From: an uncultured virus (IMG/VR IMGVR_UViG_3300022925_000007)
Taxonomy: Duplodnaviria > Heunggongvirae > Uroviricota > Caudoviricetes
Direction: 5' to 3' (one strand)
Virus record (IMG/VR): IMGVR_UViG_3300022925_000007
DNA length: 64,000 bases
Below are positions 29,622-39,129 of the stretch, in pieces. The position numbers and the translations under genes are program-made. Within the stretch, counting starts at the first letter, position 1. Each line of letters starts with the position of its first letter. The notes beneath the pieces are model-generated. The model was not told the DNA's origin and ran no database searches. It saw only the letters and a list, made by a program, of their open reading frames with translations.

Positions 29622-30355
29622 AAATCCTACTTACAGGAACCCAAGGGTATCGCCGTGGGTTTATCGCCAACCGATTCCTCGAGTTATACCGTGACAAGTA
29701 TGACATCGAAGAATACGAGTACGATATTCGCACCGGTGTCTTTCTTGACAGATATGATATGGTTGTCCACCTTGCTGCTATGGCAGGTGTTCGCCGTTCG
29801 CACGAGGAACCGGAGTTATACTGGGACGTGAACGTGAAGGCATCCCAGCGCCTGTTCAAGTTCTACAGTGAACGCAACGTCCCCGTGGTTTATGCCTCCT
29901 CTTCTTCAATCTACGAATGGTGGTTGTCACCGTATGCCAGTACCAAGTGGATGATGGAATGCATTGCCCCCGAGGAATCCCTCGGTCTCCGCTTTCATAC
30001 AGTGTATGGACCAAACAGTCGTGAAGATATGCTTTACGATATGCTTATCAAGCGGAAGGTGGGTTACCTGACCAACCACACGCGCGACTGGACGCATGTT
30101 GATGACGTCTGCGCCGCCATTGATATCTGTATCGAGAACTTCAAATCCATGAAGCAATATCGGTCGATTGATGTTGGTAATGGTATGCCCGTATCAGTTG
30201 TCGATATGGCGAATAAGGTATGGCCAAATAACAACCTGCCAGTCAAGGAAGTGACTGGCGAACGCGAACACACGCTTGCCGACCCGACTATTCTCAAACG
30301 ATACGGTTGGAACGCCGAGCATCATATTATGACGGATCTTGTTTATGAGCAGTAA
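29618..30355 (+). CDS. NAD-dependent nucleotide-sugar epimerase/dehydratase
   Basis: HLAAMAGVR, ASSSS, YxxxK (YASTK), RFHTVYG, RDWTHVDD. Confidence 0.88.
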   Translation: MKILLTGTQGYRRGFIANRFLELYRDKYDIEEYEYDIRTGVFLDRYDMVVHLAAMAGVRRSHEEPELYWDVNVKASQRLFKFYSERNVPVVYASSSSIYEWWLSPYASTKWMMECIAPEESLGLRFHTVYGPNSREDMLYDMLIKRKVGYLTNHTRDWTHVDDVCAAIDICIENFKSMKQYRSIDVGNGMPVSVVDMANKVWPNNNLPVKEVTGEREHTLADPTILKRYGWNAEHHIMTDLVYEQ

Positions 30356-30740
30356 TCCATTTGATTATCTAAATGCTATTAACTCTACCAAGGAAGACCT
30401 TCTTAAGGATGCGCTTCCTGAGGACGAGAAGAAGTATAACGCATTCATCGTTAACCGTGGTCTGAGTTATTTCTCGGACTCGGTGCTCTTCGCGAATGAG
30501 ATGAATCGCTATCATATGATCGACAATAAACTGCAGTTTGACTTCCTTCGCCTTGCGCTTAGACCACGAAAGCGATTCTCCAAGTGGAATAAGGTAGAGG
30601 AGAACGAAGCGATTGATATGATCAAGGAGCGGTACAACTACAGCGAGCAGAAAGCGAGGCAAGTGCTAGACCTGTTTAGTCCAGAGGATTTAATCCTGCT
30701 AAAGAAAAGTCTCTTCAAAGGAGGAAAGAAAAAAATATAA
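30345..30740 (+). CDS. gp62: Clamp loader small subunit
   Basis: FIVNRGLS, ANEMN, QFDF, RKRFSKW. Confidence 0.93.
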   Translation: MSSNPFDYLNAINSTKEDLLKDALPEDEKKYNAFIVNRGLSYFSDSVLFANEMNRYHMIDNKLQFDFLRLALRPRKRFSKWNKVEENEAIDMIKERYNYSEQKARQVLDLFSPEDLILLKKSLFKGGKKKI

Positions 30741-30743
30741 ATA
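30736..30743 (+). promoter_or_regulatory. Late promoter TATAAATA (regA)
   Basis: Exact consensus overlapping the gp62 stop. Confidence 0.65.
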
Positions 30744-30810
30744 CTTTAGCATGCATTATATCATAATGTAGAATAATAACAATTTTGTATATTTGAATGG
30801 ATTAAATTGT

Positions 30811-31218
30811 ATGGACAACAATATTGTAGATTGGTCCCCAGATAAAATGCTGGAAGTGACCCTGAATGAGCCTGATGATTTTCTGAAAGTCCGCGAGACA
30901 CTAACACGTATCGGTGTTGCTAGTAAGCGTGAGCAGAAACTCTTTCAATCTTGCCACATACTTCATAAGCAGGGAAGGTACTTTATCGTACACTTCAAAG
31001 AGCTCTTCCTGCTCGATGGTAAGAAGTCAACTCTAGAAGAAACCGACATTATGCGCAGGAATACGATAGCGACCCTGCTCAGCGACTGGGGTTTAGTCGA
31101 GGTGGTGAATACAGAAGCATGTAAGAACCTTGCCCCATTAAGACAGATAAAGATTATCTCTTTCAGGGACAAAGATGCTTGGACTTTATGCGCGAAATAT
31201 GATATAGGAAAGAAGTGA
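30811..31218 (+). CDS. regA: Translational repressor RegA
   Basis: DDFLKVRETLTRIG, CHILHKQGRYFIVHFKELF. Confidence 0.97.
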   Translation: MDNNIVDWSPDKMLEVTLNEPDDFLKVRETLTRIGVASKREQKLFQSCHILHKQGRYFIVHFKELFLLDGKKSTLEETDIMRRNTIATLLSDWGLVEVVNTEACKNLAPLRQIKIISFRDKDAWTLCAKYDIGKK

Positions 31219-31491
31219 CTAGGTGGTGACGATAGTAGTCACCGCACAGTATTTTCCTTTACCAAATTTTATCTTAGTCCCCTCGACAACCATTTTAGAT
31301 CGAATGGTGAATTCGTTGATCTCATCAATGTGAATATCGCAATCTGTTTCGACAACGTATTCGTTTCCTTTTTTATCTTTAAGGACAAACACTTCTGAGT
31401 CGTAACGAACTACAGGTAGCAAGTCAGATGATTTTACGTCTGCGAATGAGAGGGATGGAATGATGAGCAGAATGAGTGCTATGTTTTTCAT
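31219..31491 (-). CDS. Small secreted protein; the only credible minus-strand gene
   Basis: AGGAGA SD, signal peptide MKNIALILLIIPSLSFA, own late promoter. Confidence 0.7.
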   Translation of the reverse strand: MKNIALILLIIPSLSFADVKSSDLLPVVRYDSEVFVLKDKKGNEYVVETDCDIHIDEINEFTIRSKMVVEGTKIKFGKGKYCAVTTIVTT

Positions 31492-31536
31492 GGATTTTTC
31501 TCCTACCGTTTCACAACGGGTTGTCGCCTCACGGCG

Positions 31537-31580
31537 TGTAATATAACTGTAATACAACTGTAGTATTATTGTAATACTGA
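31537..31580. repeat. Four tandem 11-bp direct repeats (Pho-box-like)
   Basis: TGTAATATAAC, TGTAATACAAC, TGTAGTATTAT, TGTAATACTGA. Confidence 0.7.
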
Positions 31581-31583
31581 ATT

Positions 31584-31591
31584 TATTTATA
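31584..31591 (-). promoter_or_regulatory. Late promoter TATAAATA on the minus strand
   Basis: TATTTATA on +, upstream of the minus-strand ORF. Confidence 0.7.
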
Positions 31592-31617
31592 CGAATTCTA
31601 ATTTTGAATTGGACTTG

Positions 31618-31625
31618 TATAAATA
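31618..31625 (+). promoter_or_regulatory. Late promoter TATAAATA (hsp20)
   Basis: Exact consensus. Confidence 0.8.
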
Positions 31626-31630
31626 ATACC

Positions 31631-31722
31631 GGCGATACCGTGGGATACGGGTCGCCACCTCTCTACGCAGAATGGTCTGGTAGAGTATAACAACAATCTT
31701 GCTTAATATAAGGAGATCCGTT
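31631..31722 (+). promoter_or_regulatory. ROSE-like RNA thermometer in the hsp20 leader
   Basis: Three hairpins; the last is TCTTGCTT-AATAT-AAGGAGA, pairing over the SD with a bulged G. Confidence 0.7.
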
Positions 31723-32169
31723 ATGGTATCTAAAGCATTTTCTTTTCCACGTTCACACTTCATTGGTTTCGATCACGTATGGTCAGAGATTGAGAGACTG
31801 TCAGATATGGCAGACAACAAACTCTATCCTCCACACAACGTAGTCAAGCACGATGATGTCAACTTCACTGTAGAACTTGCCTTGGCAGGTTATAGCAAAG
31901 ACGACCTCACTATTGAAGTGAAGGACGGTATCTTGGTTGTAACTGGTGACAAGTCAAGCGAAGAACGTGAGTATCTACATCGCGGTATTTCTTCAAAGAA
32001 GTTTACGCGCACATTTAGGTTGTCAGAACACGTTGTTGTAAGCGGAGCGGATTTTGTGGATGGACTACTGGTCATAGACCTGAAAGTAGAGATCCCAAAA
32101 GAGAAGCTGCCTCGCGCTATCCCAATTGGCAAAACTAAGGGTAAGAAGCAACTTTTAACTGAGGACTAA
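31723..32169 (+). CDS. hsp20: Small heat-shock protein (Hsp20/IbpA-like)
   Basis: IGFD, YPPHN, ELALAG, YLHRGIS, DGLL. Confidence 0.95.
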   Translation: MVSKAFSFPRSHFIGFDHVWSEIERLSDMADNKLYPPHNVVKHDDVNFTVELALAGYSKDDLTIEVKDGILVVTGDKSSEEREYLHRGISSKKFTRTFRLSEHVVVSGADFVDGLLVIDLKVEIPKEKLPRAIPIGKTKGKKQLLTED

Positions 32170-32170
32170 A

Positions 32171-32377
32171 ATGAAAGCATTGGCACTAATTGCCTTATGT
32201 TTTCTTTCTTCGTTTGCATGTGCTACTGATATCGAAGAAGTCGTTGCGAAAGCAAGACGAATCGAAATTATTATGGTTAAATTAGCAGAGAAACATCAAC
32301 AGGATCCTGCTACTGGAGACTGGTATTATGTTGAACAAAAGAAAGAATTAAATAAGGAACAGAAGAAAAAAACCTAA
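32171..32377 (+). CDS. Small secreted protein with a TonB-box-like N-terminus
   Basis: Signal peptide followed by DIEEVVAKARR. Confidence 0.65.
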   Translation: MKALALIALCFLSSFACATDIEEVVAKARRIEIIMVKLAEKHQQDPATGDWYYVEQKKELNKEQKKKT

Positions 32378-32380
32378 ATA

Positions 32381-32401
32381 AAGGGGGATTCGTCCCCCTT
32401 T
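32381..32401. terminator. Hairpin terminator
   Basis: AAGGGGGA-TTCG-TCCCCCTTT. Confidence 0.75.
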
Positions 32402-32416
32402 CCCATACAAAAGGAT

Positions 32417-33343
32417 GTGCAAATGAAACGTGTACTATTCTTTGTTATGATGCTTTTTTCTTTTTCACCCAACTCTCAAGAAGCCGGCATGATTGATTTG
32501 AGAGTTAATCCTGGTCCAGTCGGCGGTGCGGGGCACTGGTATTCACTGCGAACTATGAAAGGATCGGAATACTGGAAGGAACCTGCTTTGCTTCCTGATA
32601 TTATTGAAAATGAAGATGGCACGTATAGTATGGCAGGAGAAACGCCGATCAGCCTCGCTATTGTTTTACATCCGGAGTATTACGCAGACAGTGAACCGTG
32701 GCGACGAGCAATCAACGAAGTGCGCGAAGTAGAGCAAATGTTTCGTAATTCTGGTGTTCCAATTAGATTTATTATTGAGTCGATTGAATACATGGTTGAT
32801 ATGGACGACTCAACATATGGCGCATTTCAACAACTGAAAGCAAAAGTATCAAGTATTGCGGTGAGGACTGGCGCCGACCTTGTTATAGGTTTAAAACCTC
32901 AGTATTTTGGTGATCAATATTGCGGTGTTGCCACTATAGGCGACGACCAATTGTATACAACTTTGCCGGCAATTTCAGCATGTGGTCCAAAAACTCTGGC
33001 GCACGAATTGGGGCATAACTTTGGGTTGCACCACAGTTTTAATCCAAAACCTGACCAGAGAGGTTATTGTCGAAAAGGTGATGATGGTTATGAATGCGAA
33101 GAAGGCACGGTGATGAGTTATGCAAAAAAACGATTAAAATTTTTCGCAAACAAAAATGCAAAATACAAAGGATTGCCACTCGGCATCGAAGGGTATGATG
33201 CAGTAGAGTGGTTGAATAGAGTGAAAACAGGCAGAGGTCTTGCCTACGAACTACGGTATGAAGGAGCAAATATGTTACTGACTGACGATTCCTTTTTAAC
33301 AGATGATATTTTTTGTGGTAATACGCTTTCTGAAGACGATTAA
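32417..33343 (+). CDS. Secreted metzincin (reprolysin-like) metallopeptidase
   Basis: HELGHNFGLHH and Met-turn TVMSY; signal peptide. Confidence 0.85.
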   Translation: MQMKRVLFFVMMLFSFSPNSQEAGMIDLRVNPGPVGGAGHWYSLRTMKGSEYWKEPALLPDIIENEDGTYSMAGETPISLAIVLHPEYYADSEPWRRAINEVREVEQMFRNSGVPIRFIIESIEYMVDMDDSTYGAFQQLKAKVSSIAVRTGADLVIGLKPQYFGDQYCGVATIGDDQLYTTLPAISACGPKTLAHELGHNFGLHHSFNPKPDQRGYCRKGDDGYECEEGTVMSYAKKRLKFFANKNAKYKGLPLGIEGYDAVEWLNRVKTGRGLAYELRYEGANMLLTDDSFLTDDIFCGNTLSEDD

Positions 33344-33405
33344 TCATTTCTTTTTCGTTTTAAATGTTATATAATATGCATACTTGATTGAATAATGGAG
33401 AAAGA

Positions 33406-35931
33406 GTGAAGTTTTACACATCAGTATCTAAGATAGGTGATTCCATAGCATATCGCGGTTACCATAACGGTGACCGCATTCAAAAGAAAATCAACTTCGG
33501 TCCTACCCTTTTTCGCAAAGCAGAGTATGACACCAAGTGGCGTACTCTCGAAGGCGAACCATTAGAACCCATACTATTTAAAAGTATCGGGGAAGCGTAC
33601 CAATATAACAACCAATACAAAGAAGTGCCGAACGCAAAAATCTACGGCATGCACAATTATGTTACGCAGTTCATTCAAAAACTGTATCCCGCTGAAATTA
33701 AATTCGATAAGAGCGTGGTAAACGTAGTCACGATCGATATCGAGGTTGCCTCAGACGATGGGTTTCCTGAACCTGAGGATGCGAACCATGAGGTCATCTC
33801 TATCTGTTTCAAGAGCAGTAAGACCAAGGACTTTATAGTCTGGGGTCTCGGGGAGTATGACTCAAGCAAAAGCATAGTCGGTGAGGAGAACGTGCGGTAT
33901 GTTCACTGCGACGATGAGACTGATCTACTTCTAAAGTTTGTTGAGTACTGGGAGGGCAAGGACACGTCCCCCGATATCGTCACAGGTTGGAACGTGCGCC
34001 TGTTTGATATCCCTTACTTGGTCAACCGTATCTCCAAGATCATTGATGACTCTACTGTAAAACGCCTATCGCCTTGGAAGCAGATACGCGACCGATCCTT
34101 TGGTCTCAACGGTAAGACGCAACAAGCATATGACCTAATCGGCATACAGCAACTTGACTATTGGGATCTGTTTCAAAAGTTTGGCGTGTACTCCTATGGC
34201 GTACAGGAGTCCTATAAGCTGGATCACATAGCGAACGTGGTACTCGGGGAGAAGAAACTATCCTATGAGGAGTTCGGTTCCCTTCACTCGCTCTATAAGC
34301 ACGACCACCAAAAATTCATCGACTATAATATCAAGGACGTGCAACTTGTCGAACGCCTCGACGATAAAGTAGACCTGATCAATCTAGCGATGACAATTGC
34401 GTATAAGGCAGGGTCAAACTATACCGATGCTTTCGGGACTACCACGCTCTGGGATAATTACATCTATCGCGAATTATGTAAGAAGCATATCGCCGTCCCG
34501 CCCAAGAGAGTAAAGGAGGGGAAGGATGATATTCCTGGTGGGTTTGTAAAACCGCCCAAGATAGGAAGGCATAGTTGGGTAGTCTCCTTCGACTTAAACT
34601 CTCTGTATCCTCACCTGATCATGCAGTATAATATGTCCCCCGAAACTGTAGTCGGCGAACGTATTGATGGGGTGACGGTACAGCGTTGCCTATCTAAAAG
34701 CATGGATAGTATCAGCGAATCCAAGTATGCGGTTGCCGCCAACGGTATTCAGTTTCGTAAGGATATACGTGGCGTGATTCCTACGGTGATTGATGACCTG
34801 TACGCTGAGCGGAAAGCAATCAAGAAGGAGATGCTCCTCGAGCAGCAGAATGTTGAGGAGGAGGGTAAGACATACCAGTCTGAGAAACTTATCGCCACGT
34901 TGGATAGTCAGCAGATGGCAATTAAAATTATGATGAACTCCCTTTATGGTGCTTTGGGCAATCGCTTTTTTCGATACTATGATAATCGTATCGCTGAGGC
35001 AATTACTCTATCGGGGCAGTTATCTATTCTCTGGGCAGAGAAAGCAGTCAATGAGTTCATGAGTAAAATACTCAAGGACGAGAAAGATTATGTAATCGCG
35101 ATTGATACCGACTCGCTGTATATTGACTTTGCCCCGATGGTACGTATGCTACAGGGGCATAACAAGTCAACGCTAGAGGTTGTGCAGCTGCTAGATAAAG
35201 TATGCGCCGATCAGTTTGAACCGATGTTACAGAGTTCGTATGGCGACCTTGCGGCATATATGAGTGCCTACGAGAATAAAATGGTAATGGGTCGCGAGGT
35301 GATTGCCGATGCAGGTATCTGGACAGCGAAGAAACGATATATCCTCAACGTGCATAACAGCGAGGGTGTACAGTATGCCAAACCTAAACTGAAGATCATG
35401 GGCATCGAGGCAGTCAAGTCTTCTACTCCTGGTTCCTGCCGTGACGCATTGAAGGAACTGTTTAAGGTGTTGATCTCTGGCACTGAAAAGGATACGCAGA
35501 ATGCGATACAGATATTCCGCGATCATTTCAACTCACTGCCGCCGCATGAGATTGCCTTTCCGCGTGGCGCGTCCAAGGTAAGGCAGTGGAAGGATCGCGA
35601 TAAAATCTATAAGAAGGGTTGCCCGATACACGTGCGCGGGTGTCTGCTATATAATTACTATCTGAAAGATAAAGGACTTCAGAAAAAATACACTGAGGTC
35701 AAGGATGGTGAAAAAATCAAGTTCGTCTATCTTAAGAAACCTAATCCTATCAAGGAAAACATAATCGCATTCCCCGACTACTTGCCCGAGGAGTTTAATC
35801 TACACAAGTATGTCGATTATGATACGCAGTTCGATAAAGCATTCCTAGCAGTAGTCCGTCCCGTCCTAGAGGCAATCGGTTGGCGCGAAGAGGAATCCGA
35901 AGAAGCGACTCTTGAAGATTTCTTCTGTTAG
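33406..35931 (+). CDS. gp43: Family B DNA polymerase
   Basis: Exo [32 protein letters not shown] start with GGAG SD. Confidence 0.98.
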   Translation: MKFYTSVSKIGDSIAYRGYHNGDRIQKKINFGPTLFRKAEYDTKWRTLEGEPLEPILFKSIGEAYQYNNQYKEVPNAKIYGMHNYVTQFIQKLYPAEIKFDKSVVNVVTIDIEVASDDGFPEPEDANHEVISICFKSSKTKDFIVWGLGEYDSSKSIVGEENVRYVHCDDETDLLLKFVEYWEGKDTSPDIVTGWNVRLFDIPYLVNRISKIIDDSTVKRLSPWKQIRDRSFGLNGKTQQAYDLIGIQQLDYWDLFQKFGVYSYGVQESYKLDHIANVVLGEKKLSYEEFGSLHSLYKHDHQKFIDYNIKDVQLVERLDDKVDLINLAMTIAYKAGSNYTDAFGTTTLWDNYIYRELCKKHIAVPPKRVKEGKDDIPGGFVKPPKIGRHSWVVSFDLNSLYPHLIMQYNMSPETVVGERIDGVTVQRCLSKSMDSISESKYAVAANGIQFRKDIRGVIPTVIDDLYAERKAIKKEMLLEQQNVEEEGKTYQSEKLIATLDSQQMAIKIMMNSLYGALGNRFFRYYDNRIAEAITLSGQLSILWAEKAVNEFMSKILKDEKDYVIAIDTDSLYIDFAPMVRMLQGHNKSTLEVVQLLDKVCADQFEPMLQSSYGDLAAYMSAYENKMVMGREVIADAGIWTAKKRYILNVHNSEGVQYAKPKLKIMGIEAVKSSTPGSCRDALKELFKVLISGTEKDTQNAIQIFRDHFNSLPPHEIAFPRGASKVRQWKDRDKIYKKGCPIHVRGCLLYNYYLKDKGLQKKYTEVKDGEKIKFVYLKKPNPIKENIIAFPDYLPEEFNLHKYVDYDTQFDKAFLAVVRPVLEAIGWREEESEEATLEDFFC

Positions 35932-35968
35932 TATTTACATTCCATTTTACATATAGTATCATATTGGC

Positions 35969-36889
35969 ATGTATTCTTTGACTATATTCAAAAATCAGTT
36001 CGACAACAAGACGCATCGTAAAATGGAGTTTACCGATTGGGCAAGTTTCACTCAGTTACTGATGAATCTGTCCAAAATACCCCGCGCGGGTAAAAAAGAT
36101 GCGGAGTTGATATCTCCTGCCGTGTATGAGCAGGGGACTACAAGAGCAAATAAAAATGTCATACACTGGGGCAAGTGGGCAGCGGTTGACGTTGACGATT
36201 ATGAGGGAACTTTAGAAGATGTGGTTAGAAAAATTGAGCATTATAATTTTGTTATTTACTCTACTGCCTCTAGCAAACGTGGCAAACCAAAGTTCCGTAT
36301 TGTATTTGACCTTAACAGATCTGTCGAAAAAGAAGAAGTTAGACACTTTTGGTTCGCCCTCAATAAGTCCCTTGGAGATCTGGGAGATCCGCAAACTAAA
36401 GACAGCAGTCGCATGTATTACGTCCCTGCGGAATACGTTGGTGCTTTTAATTTTATACAATGTAACAGTGGCGCTCCAGTCGATGTCGATGAATTAAAAG
36501 CGAAGTATGAGTTCGTTGATGATAAGGGTAAGAATTTTATTGACTCCCTTCCTGACGAATTACAGAAGAAGGTAATCGAATATCGTATGGGGCGGTTGGA
36601 GAATGTAGATTATCGATGGAGCAGTTATCGCGACTGCCCCTTCTTTCCCCGTAAACTTGCCGCCGAATATCGCACCATATCCAGCGCAGGTTGGTACCAT
36701 ACTATGTATCGTATAATGGTTGCGATTGCTCTAAAGGCAATATCAAAAGGATACCCGATCACTGTAAGCGAGATATCACAACTCTGCCGTGAGTTTGATC
36801 GCGACACAGGTAACTGGTATGAGAATCGTCCGTTTGAGCGTGAAGCAAACAGCGCGTTGAGGTATGCGTACAAAAATGCTGAAATATGA
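35969..36889 (+). CDS. AEP-superfamily primase-polymerase-like protein
   Basis: SPAVY, AVDVDD, YSTASS, KFRIV, DSSRMYYVP. Confidence 0.65.
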   Translation: MYSLTIFKNQFDNKTHRKMEFTDWASFTQLLMNLSKIPRAGKKDAELISPAVYEQGTTRANKNVIHWGKWAAVDVDDYEGTLEDVVRKIEHYNFVIYSTASSKRGKPKFRIVFDLNRSVEKEEVRHFWFALNKSLGDLGDPQTKDSSRMYYVPAEYVGAFNFIQCNSGAPVDVDELKAKYEFVDDKGKNFIDSLPDELQKKVIEYRMGRLENVDYRWSSYRDCPFFPRKLAAEYRTISSAGWYHTMYRIMVAIALKAISKGYPITVSEISQLCREFDRDTGNWYENRPFEREANSALRYAYKNAEI

Positions 36890-36907
36890 TTTAATTGAGA
36901 GGAACCT

Positions 36908-37828
36908 ATGAAAGAAAATAAAAGTCTATTCTTGCCGTCTGTGGTTGAGGGCAAGAAACCGTTACTCGGTATCGTTGGCCACGGTTATGTAGGAAGTGCT
37001 GTTGAGTCGTCTTTCGGCGCAAACTTTGAGCGGTTTATCGTCGACACGAAGATAGGCACTAACATCGATCAACTGATTGATGCACAACCGCACATTACCT
37101 TTGTATGTTTACCGACGCCCATGAGTGATAGTGGAAGGATTAATGCCACTCATGTAGAGGATGCGGTACTGAAACTGATGTCTCGTACAAAGAGTGCAAT
37201 AATTCTAAAGTCAACCGTCACACCAGATATCATTGAGCGCATCATTCGATCGTTCAATCATCAGGAGGACTTTCACCGGTTTGTTTACGTGCCCGAGTTT
37301 TTGAAAGAGAACTCATCAGTTGAAGATTATCTGAATCCTGAGTTTATGATCATGGGCGGTATGGATTCATCCTTGTCCGAACTGCTTACTATCTATGAAA
37401 AATCGACGCATATAGTTCTCCCCAAGGGCAACGTCTACATGATGAATCCTGTGGAGGCATCGTTTGTCAAATATGGCATTAATACATTCCTAGCATTGAA
37501 GGTCACGTTCTTCAATCAGTTGTTTGATGTGATGACCACTGACGCTGGCGGTGCGGTTGACCCATGGGTAGTCAGTAAGGCATTCCTCGCGGACAAACGG
37601 TTGGGCAACTCGCACTGGCGTGTGCCAGGACCTGATGGGCGACGTGGGTTCGGCGGTTCATGTTTTCCGAAAGATCTATCCGCGTTTATTAACTACACGT
37701 CTAAGATGACGTTATTGAATGAAGTAAAAGAAGTGAACGATGTGTATCGTTCTGAATACGAACTAAGTGAGAGAGAGGAAGAGCAAAATGTCAATTATGG
37801 ACAAGCTGAAAAAGAACAGCAAGATTAG
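36908..37828 (+). CDS. UDP-glucose/GDP-mannose dehydrogenase-like protein (short form)
   Basis: GHGYVG, CLPTP, KSTV, PEFLKE, GFGGSCFPKD. Confidence 0.88.
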   Translation: MKENKSLFLPSVVEGKKPLLGIVGHGYVGSAVESSFGANFERFIVDTKIGTNIDQLIDAQPHITFVCLPTPMSDSGRINATHVEDAVLKLMSRTKSAIILKSTVTPDIIERIIRSFNHQEDFHRFVYVPEFLKENSSVEDYLNPEFMIMGGMDSSLSELLTIYEKSTHIVLPKGNVYMMNPVEASFVKYGINTFLALKVTFFNQLFDVMTTDAGGAVDPWVVSKAFLADKRLGNSHWRVPGPDGRRGFGGSCFPKDLSAFINYTSKMTLLNEVKEVNDVYRSEYELSEREEEQNVNYGQAEKEQQD

Positions 37829-38834
37829 TGAAACGTCTGTTCTATCGGAGTCAATATTTTTTACTGAATCGGATATGGTGGCAACTGATGTTCCGATGAT
37901 CAACGTTGCTCTTTCGGGTTCGTTAGACGGTGGTATCACGCCAGGACTGACTGTACTCGCCGGACCATCCAAGCACTTCAAGACGTCATTCGCCTTGAAG
38001 ATGGCAGCGTCATACCTGCGCGAGAAACCCGAATCGGTTGTGTTGTTCTATGATTCTGAGTTTGGTTCGCCACAGTCATACTTCGAGACTTTCGGTATCG
38101 ACACTAATCGCGTGCTTCATATTCCGGTGACTAATGTCGAGGAACTGAAGTTTGATATTATAAGTCAACTTGAAGGCATCGACCGTGCCGATGACGTGAT
38201 TATCGTAATCGACTCAATCGGTAATCTTGCTTCTAAGAAAGAACTCGAGGATGCGATCAATGAAAAAGCAGTAGCAGATATGTCACGCGCTAAATCATTG
38301 AAAGGATTGTTTCGAATGGTCACGCCATACCTGACCAAGAAGAACGTCCCATTGCTTGCGATCAATCACACGTACAAGGAGATGGGGTTGTTTCCTAAGG
38401 ACGTGGTATCAGGTGGCACAGGCATTTACTACTCTGCCGATAATATATGGATTATTGGTCGCAGACAGAATAAAACAGGTACGGAGGTGACCGGATATGA
38501 TTTCATTGTCAACATTGAAAAATCTCGATATGTCAAAGAGAAGTCCAAGATTCCTATTAGTGTGTCTTGGGACGGTGGTATCGAACGCTATTCAGGTTTG
38601 CTTGATGTTGCTCTTGCTGGCGGTTTTGTTGTTAAACCTTCCAATGGTTGGTATCAGTTGGTGGATACTGACACGGGCGCAGCAGTGGGAACAAAATGTC
38701 GTGAAAAAGAAACCTTGACTTTTGACTTTTGGTCGGGTATCATTGATAATGAAAAGTTCAGGACCTTCGTGAAGAACCAATACTCTGTTGGTCTGAAGTT
38801 AGAAGTCGAGTTTGACGAAATAGTTGGAGAATAA
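37788..38834 (+). CDS. uvsX: RecA-like recombinase UvsX
   Basis: GPSKHFKT, YDSEFG, DSIGNLAS, SGGTG. Confidence 0.96.
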   Translation: MSIMDKLKKNSKISETSVLSESIFFTESDMVATDVPMINVALSGSLDGGITPGLTVLAGPSKHFKTSFALKMAASYLREKPESVVLFYDSEFGSPQSYFETFGIDTNRVLHIPVTNVEELKFDIISQLEGIDRADDVIIVIDSIGNLASKKELEDAINEKAVADMSRAKSLKGLFRMVTPYLTKKNVPLLAINHTYKEMGLFPKDVVSGGTGIYYSADNIWIIGRRQNKTGTEVTGYDFIVNIEKSRYVKEKSKIPISVSWDGGIERYSGLLDVALAGGFVVKPSNGWYQLVDTDTGAAVGTKCREKETLTFDFWSGIIDNEKFRTFVKNQYSVGLKLEVEFDEIVGE

Positions 38835-38835
38835 A

Positions 38836-39129
38836 ATGAAATATGAAGCAATAGACGTGATCATTCCTGAACAGCAAACAACAAAAGTATCCCTTCGCCT
38901 TTTAGAAGGCAAGTATGCAGATACGGTCGTTAGGATTGAGAAAGCGGGTGTGGATCAGGAAAACACTGCCGAGCTCAAAGTTGATTACACTTTGGTCAGT
39001 AGTCCAATCGAAGGACTGCTAGAAGATGATCTTGGTCTTCAGGAAGCACTCATTGAAGTGTTTACTGATATCGTAAACGAAACGGCAGATAACTTGTTAG
39101 AAGAAGATCCAGAAGAAGATACTGAATGA
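38836..39129 (+). CDS. Hypothetical protein (gp40-like by position)
   Basis: Acidic protein between uvsX and gp41. Confidence 0.5.
   Translation: MKYEAIDVIIPEQQTTKVSLRLLEGKYADTVVRIEKAGVDQENTAELKVDYTLVSSPIEGLLEDDLGLQEALIEVFTDIVNETADNLLEEDPEEDTE

Noticed and set aside
33406..35931. Inteins or introns in gp43, gp17, gp41 or nrdA
   Set aside because: All are uninterrupted and of ordinary length
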